A DNA stretch of 64,000 bases from Gemmatimonas sp. (GTDB lineage Bacteria; Gemmatimonadota; Gemmatimonadetes; Gemmatimonadales; Gemmatimonadaceae): assembly GCA_965279375.1 (NCBI GenBank), contig OZ257156.1, forward strand, positions 4,128,001-4,192,000. The letters run 5' to 3'. Below the pieces are notes generated by a model, which was given only the letters and a program-made list of their open reading frames with translations, was not told the DNA's origin and did no database searches. How positions within the stretch are numbered: the stretch's first letter is position 1; the number at the start of each line of letters is the position of its first letter. Below, in pieces: positions 59,354-64,000 of this stretch. Position numbers and translations under genes: made by a program.

Positions 59354-61087
59354 TCAGCTCGGCAAGACGCCGGCGAACGGAGCCTCGGCGCCAGCCCGCA
59401 ATGCCGCAATGCGCTCTTCCACGAACGCCACCAACTCGGCCATCGTCTCCGCGTCGAACACGAGTTTGACCCCGGCTGCCGCATACAGCTCGGGCAGCGG
59501 ACGCGTGCCTCCCAGCGCGAGGAAGCGCTTGTAGTTGGCGACTGCTTCCTGCGGGTCGCGCACGGCGTTGCGGAATACCTGCAGCGCACCCAACTGCGCG
59601 ATGCCGTACTCGATGTAGTAGAAGGGCAATTCGAAGATGTGGAGCTGGCGATACCAGCGGGACACGCGCTCCGCGTCGAGACCGCTCCAGTCCACACCGG
59701 CCTCGAACTCGGACCGCAACGACAGCCATTTGGCGTCGCGCGCATCACGGTCACCGCCCTTGGGATCGGTGTAGATCCACGCCTGGAATGCGTCCACGCT
59801 CGCGATGTGCACGAGACTCGCCAGCACATCCTCCAGATGCTCCAGCCACGCGACACGCGCCTGCTCCGGCGTGTAGTAGCCGTCGGGGGCGACGAAGTAC
59901 GGCATGGCCAGCAGCTCCATGCTCATCGACGCCAGCTCCGCCGCCTCGTGTCCCGTGCGACGCTGCCATGTGAACGGCAGTGGATGCGTAGCGAAGTCGT
60001 GGAAGCAGTGCCCTGCTTCGTGCACCAGCGTTTGCACATCGTCCGGCACGCCGACCGCATTCATGAAGATGAACGGACGACCACTGAACGCGAGATCGGT
60101 GCAATAGCCACCAGGCGCCTTCCCAGGACGGCTCTCGAGGTCGAGCAACTTCTCGTCAGCCATGATGCGGAATTTGTCCCCCAGCTCCGCATCCACTCGC
60201 GCAAAGATCGTCTTGGCGCGGTCGACGAAGGTCTCCACGTTGGCAAATGGACGCAGCGGCTCCTTGGTGCCCAGATCGACGGTGACATCCCACGGACGTA
60301 CCGCATCGAGCGCCAACGCTTGCTTGCGATGCTCCATCAGACGCGCGACCGCCGGCGTCACCGCCGTCTTCACGGCGTGATGAAAGCCCGCCACGTCTTC
60401 GGGGGTGTAGTCGAATCGATGCTTGGCTGCGAAACAGAAGCGCTGGTAATCGGAGAATCCGGCTTCCGTCGCGACCGCCGTTCGCAGCGCGTACATCCGA
60501 TCAAAGAGATCGGCGAACTCGGTGCGCTGCGCGAGATATGCCGACGCGCCCAACCTGAAGGCGCGCTCACGCTCCGCACGATCGGACGACTTGAGGTACG
60601 GCTGCAGCTGCGGAATGGTCTTGGCCGTACCGTCCCAGTCGACGCTCAGCCCCCCGGTGATCTTCTGGTACGCCGCGGACAGCTCCTCGATCTGCGCAAA
60701 CCGTTCGACGTTGGCTTCGCGAAAGATCTCGATGTCGCTGCGAAACCGGCGCACGGTCGTGGCCAGATCGGCGCGTGTTGGCGCGAACGCGACCAGACGC
60801 TTGGCGAGCCGTACCTGCGCCTCCTCCATCTTGGGAAACACTTCCATGGAGAACCGAAGGTACGCCTGCTCGGCCACGGCGTTGGCCGTATCCGCCGTGT
60901 AGGCGATCATGGCGCGCGTACCCGCCTCGCCGATCAGCGTGTCGAGGCGCGACCAGGTGGACAACCACGACTCGATCGCCGCTGTGTCGTCAGCGACGTC
61001 AACCGTCGCGAGTTGCTCGTAATATGGGCGCACGTCCTCCCACGTCGCGTCACGAAACGCATCGGGAGCGGCTGGTAATTCGATCAT
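59354..61087 (-). CDS. M3B oligoendopeptidase (PepF-like)
   Basis: RPGKAPGGYC, LVHEAGHCFH (HExxH), EAAELASMSME, HIFELPFYYIEY. Confidence 0.92.
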   Translation of the reverse strand: MIELPAAPDAFRDATWEDVRPYYEQLATVDVADDTAAIESWLSTWSRLDTLIGEAGTRAMIAYTADTANAVAEQAYLRFSMEVFPKMEEAQVRLAKRLVAFAPTRADLATTVRRFRSDIEIFREANVERFAQIEELSAAYQKITGGLSVDWDGTAKTIPQLQPYLKSSDRAERERAFRLGASAYLAQRTEFADLFDRMYALRTAVATEAGFSDYQRFCFAAKHRFDYTPEDVAGFHHAVKTAVTPAVARLMEHRKQALALDAVRPWDVTVDLGTKEPLRPFANVETFVDRAKTIFARVDAELGDKFRIMADEKLLDLESRPGKAPGGYCTDLAFSGRPFIFMNAVGVPDDVQTLVHEAGHCFHDFATHPLPFTWQRRTGHEAAELASMSMELLAMPYFVAPDGYYTPEQARVAWLEHLEDVLASLVHIASVDAFQAWIYTDPKGGDRDARDAKWLSLRSEFEAGVDWSGLDAERVSRWYRQLHIFELPFYYIEYGIAQLGALQVFRNAVRDPQEAVANYKRFLALGGTRPLPELYAAAGVKLVFDAETMAELVAFVEERIAALRAGAEAPFAGVLPS

Positions 61088-61124
61088 GAGTCAGGAAAGG
61101 GGGGTCAATGCTGCCGCGACACGA

Positions 61125-63578
61125 CTACTCGCCGTACGGAATCCAGATGTTCTTCACCTGCACAGCGCGTCGCAGGAACTCGCGCCCCTCGCCGCTGCGC
61201 GGATCGAGCCACTCGCGACCGGTCCACTCGGTCCAGGTGCGCTTGAGATTGGCCGCCGATGCGCGTTCCACCGCGGCCGCTCCCGTCTGCGATCCCACGT
61301 ACCACACCGCGTCCACGTCGTCGTGATCGGCGAGCACACGCGACAGCGCGTCACGGGAACCCGTCACGAGATTGAGCGCGCCGGCCGGCACGTCCGACGT
61401 TTCCAGCACACTGTAGAAATCCGTCGCGATCAACGGGAACCGCTCTGACGGAACGGCGACGACGCGATTGCCCGTCGCCAAGAGCGGAGCGACCAACGAA
61501 ATCAGGCCAAGCAACGGATAGGGATCGGGGCATGCCACGCCCACCACGCCGATCGGCTCATGCATCGCGAGCGCGACGCCGCGCATCGGTACGTCGTGCG
61601 CCTGCCCGTCGTGCTTGTCTGCCCACGCGGCATAGGTGAACAAGCGCGAGACACTGGTGTCGAGTTCCAACGTTGCGGCGTGCATCGACACACCGGTGAG
61701 TGCTGCAATTCTCGCCGAGAATTCCGCATGGCGCACCGACAGATTCTCTGCGAGGTAGTAGAGAATCTGCGCGCGCTGATGCCCGGTCAGCTTGGTCCAC
61801 GCGCTTCCGGCATGCGCTGCCTCGACGGCATTGCGTATGTCCTTGCGGTTCCCGTCCCCCACCTCGCCCATCGCGTTCCCATACACATCGCGGATAACGA
61901 TGGAATACCCTGAGTCTGGGCGCGCCTGCTTTCCACCGATGAACAGCTTGGGCGTGCGGTCGATCGAGGGCATCGCGGCCGAGCCGTCGGTGTGCGTGGC
62001 GTCGGCATCGTCTGCGCGTTCGTCTGCTGCGGCAGTATCGATGGAGGCGTTGTGCACGGGAGCCGGTGCCTCCGACCGCGCGTGCACCGGCTTGAGATAC
62101 TCGCCGAGCCCCTCGCGTCCACCTTCGCGGCCAAAGCCGGACTCTTTGTAGCCGCCGAATCCGGCTGCGGCGTCGAAGAGGTTCGTGCTGTTGATCCACA
62201 CCACGCCGCACTTGAGCTTGGGCGCGACGTCGAGTGCGAGATTGATGTTCTCCGACCACACGCTCGCCGCCAATCCGTACGGCGTGTTGTTCGCCAACGC
62301 CACCGCTTCGTCCGGCGTGCGGAACGTCATCGAGACGAGCACGGGGCCAAAGATCTCCACCTGTGCGATCGTCGCTGACGGCGCCACGTTGGTGAACAGC
62401 GTTGGCGGATGGAACGAACCGACATCGGGGACCGCCCACGTCGGCTGCCAGCAGGTCGCGCCTTCCGCGACGCCCTGCGCGACGAGTGACTTGATGCGTT
62501 CCAGCTGGATCGGCGCGACGATCGCGCCCATGTCCACCGACTTGTCGAGCGGCGAACCCACACGCAGCCGTTCCATCCGCGCGCGCAGTTTGTCCGTCAG
62601 TCGTTCGGCGATCCCTTCCTGGACGAGCATGCGCGAGCCGGCGCAGCAGACCTGTCCCTGATTGAACCAGATCGCATCGACCACACCTTCCACGACGCTA
62701 TCCAGATCGGCATCGTCGAACACGATGAACGGGCTCTTTCCGCCCAGCTCGAGCGACAGCCCCTTGCCCGTTCCCGCCGTCGCCACGCGAATGGCGCGTC
62801 CGACGTCAGTGCTGCCGGTGAAGGCGATCTTGTCCACGTCGGGGTGATCGACGATCGCCGCGCCCGTACTGCCATCGCCTGTCACGAGGTTGAAGACACC
62901 GGGTGGCAGACCGACTTCGTGCACCAGCTCTGCGAAACGAATCGCCGTGAGCGGTGTGAACTCTGCGGGCTTGAGCACGACAGTGTTTCCCGCCGCGAGC
63001 GCGGGTGCGACTTTCCACGCCAGCATCAACAGCGGGAAATTCCACGGGATCACCTGCCCAACGACGCCGTACGCGTGCTGGCCGGGGAACTCGCTCTCCA
63101 GCAGCTGCGCCCAGCCCGCGTGGTGGTAGAAATGCCGAGCGACGAGCGGGATGTCGATGTCGCGCGTCTCGCGAATCGGCTTGCCGTTGTCGAGCGTTTC
63201 GAGCACCGAAAAGTGGCGCGCGTGTTTCTGAATGCCTCGGGCAAGCGCGTAGAGCCAGCGTGCGCGTGCGTGTCCATCGAGTGCCTGCCACGTGGGCAAC
63301 GCCGCGCGCGCCGCAGCCACGGCCGCGTCCACATCCGCGGCGCTCCCCTGTGAGACCTTCGCCAACGTTTTGCCGGTGGCCGGATCGTTCACCTCGAACG
63401 TTTCGCTCGAGTTGGCATCGGTCCAGCGACCGCCGATGTAGTGTCCGAACGTTCCACCGTGCGCCGCGAGCCACGCGCGCACCGGTGCGTCGCCTTCTGG
63501 CGCGGGGCCGTAGCTCATGCTGTCAAACAGGGCGCGCACCGCAGACGGTGCTTCGCTCGAAGTCGTAGAGGATGTCAT
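61125..63578 (-). CDS. Extended aldehyde dehydrogenase, ALDH16 type
   Basis: PWNFP, FTGST, LELGGK, GQVCCAG (catalytic Cys), EIFGP; then an acidic linker and a second Rossmann-like half ending KNIWIPYGE; ATG at 63578. Confidence 0.9.
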   Translation of the reverse strand: MTSSTTSSEAPSAVRALFDSMSYGPAPEGDAPVRAWLAAHGGTFGHYIGGRWTDANSSETFEVNDPATGKTLAKVSQGSAADVDAAVAAARAALPTWQALDGHARARWLYALARGIQKHARHFSVLETLDNGKPIRETRDIDIPLVARHFYHHAGWAQLLESEFPGQHAYGVVGQVIPWNFPLLMLAWKVAPALAAGNTVVLKPAEFTPLTAIRFAELVHEVGLPPGVFNLVTGDGSTGAAIVDHPDVDKIAFTGSTDVGRAIRVATAGTGKGLSLELGGKSPFIVFDDADLDSVVEGVVDAIWFNQGQVCCAGSRMLVQEGIAERLTDKLRARMERLRVGSPLDKSVDMGAIVAPIQLERIKSLVAQGVAEGATCWQPTWAVPDVGSFHPPTLFTNVAPSATIAQVEIFGPVLVSMTFRTPDEAVALANNTPYGLAASVWSENINLALDVAPKLKCGVVWINSTNLFDAAAGFGGYKESGFGREGGREGLGEYLKPVHARSEAPAPVHNASIDTAAADERADDADATHTDGSAAMPSIDRTPKLFIGGKQARPDSGYSIVIRDVYGNAMGEVGDGNRKDIRNAVEAAHAGSAWTKLTGHQRAQILYYLAENLSVRHAEFSARIAALTGVSMHAATLELDTSVSRLFTYAAWADKHDGQAHDVPMRGVALAMHEPIGVVGVACPDPYPLLGLISLVAPLLATGNRVVAVPSERFPLIATDFYSVLETSDVPAGALNLVTGSRDALSRVLADHDDVDAVWYVGSQTGAAAVERASAANLKRTWTEWTGREWLDPRSGEGREFLRRAVQVKNIWIPYGE

Positions 63579-63595
63579 TGCGCGATTGCTTGAGC

Positions 63596-64000
63596 TCAGA
63601 CCATGGGCATGCGGTGTGACGCGGCGTAGCGCCCCGTCACGAAATGCTCGAGCTGTCGTTCGACGTCCGTCAGCAATCCGCTCGCACCAAAGCGGAAGAG
63701 ATGCGGCCGCAGCCACCGGTCGCCCAACTCTTCTTTCATGAGAATGAGCCAGTCGAGTGCCTGCTTCGCCGTGCGAATGCCGCCAGCGGGCTTGAAGCCG
63801 ACCTCATGTCCCGTGCGAGTGCCGTAGTCGCGGATCATGCGCGTCATCACGAGCCCCACCGGCAGCGTGGCGTTGGTGGGCTCCTTGCCAGTGCTCGTCT
63901 TGATGAAGTCCGACCCGGCCATCATCGACACGAGGCTCGCGCGCGCGACGTTGGTCAGCGTCGCCAACTCGCCCACGCCAAGAATCGTCTTGAGGTGCGC
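63596..64000 (-). CDS. deoC: Deoxyribose-phosphate aldolase (5' part lies beyond the window)
   Basis: HLKTILGVGEL, DFIKTSTGK (Schiff-base Lys), GFKPAGGI, FRFGASGLL. Confidence 0.93.
   Translation of the reverse strand, partial: AHLKTILGVGELATLTNVARASLVSMMAGSDFIKTSTGKEPTNATLPVGLVMTRMIRDYGTRTGHEVGFKPAGGIRTAKQALDWLILMKEELGDRWLRPHLFRFGASGLLTDVERQLEHFVTGRYAASHRMPMV

Overview
This is a high-GC, gene-dense bacterial chromosomal window with most genes on the minus strand. Its gene content (SusC/SusD pairs, alternative complex III, TonB-ExbB-ExbD-ExbD) suggests Gemmatimonadota, e.g. a Gemmatimonas-like organism; this is inference. In order it contains: a TonB energisation cluster with two TonB-like proteins; a barrel-less receptor-plug protein; SusC/D pair 1; an OmpR-type two-component system; a PAS kinase with a degenerate NtrC-like regulator; hsp20; a peroxiredoxin; a REC-GGDEF-EAL protein; tRNA-Ala(UGC); the actABCDEF operon; an amidohydrolase pair, class III aminotransferase and trmJ; a heparinase II/III-like lyase, Opp-type transporter and GH38 hydrolase; dedA, sodA, YIP1, speA, App1, AIM24, an S9 peptidase, DUF502, a secreted amidohydrolase and a renalase-like oxidoreductase; a large Ig/ZU5 lipoprotein behind SusC/D pair 2; M3B oligopeptidase, ALDH16 and partial deoC. 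I saw no integrase, transposase, CRISPR array or rRNA. The best candidates for novelty are (1) a bEBP with GAFPGA and Walker B DN next to two sigma54-like motifs upstream of hsp20, (2) a SusCD-linked lipoprotein with a ZU5-like HFT autoproteolysis motif, (3) a lyase/ABC/GH38 glycan locus flanked by an aminotransferase and an active/degenerate amidohydrolase pair, (4) a plug-only TonB receptor protein, and (5) very compact, probably leaderless, divergent promoters. All family calls come from motif recognition by eye, not database searches, and several start codons were re-picked by hand.
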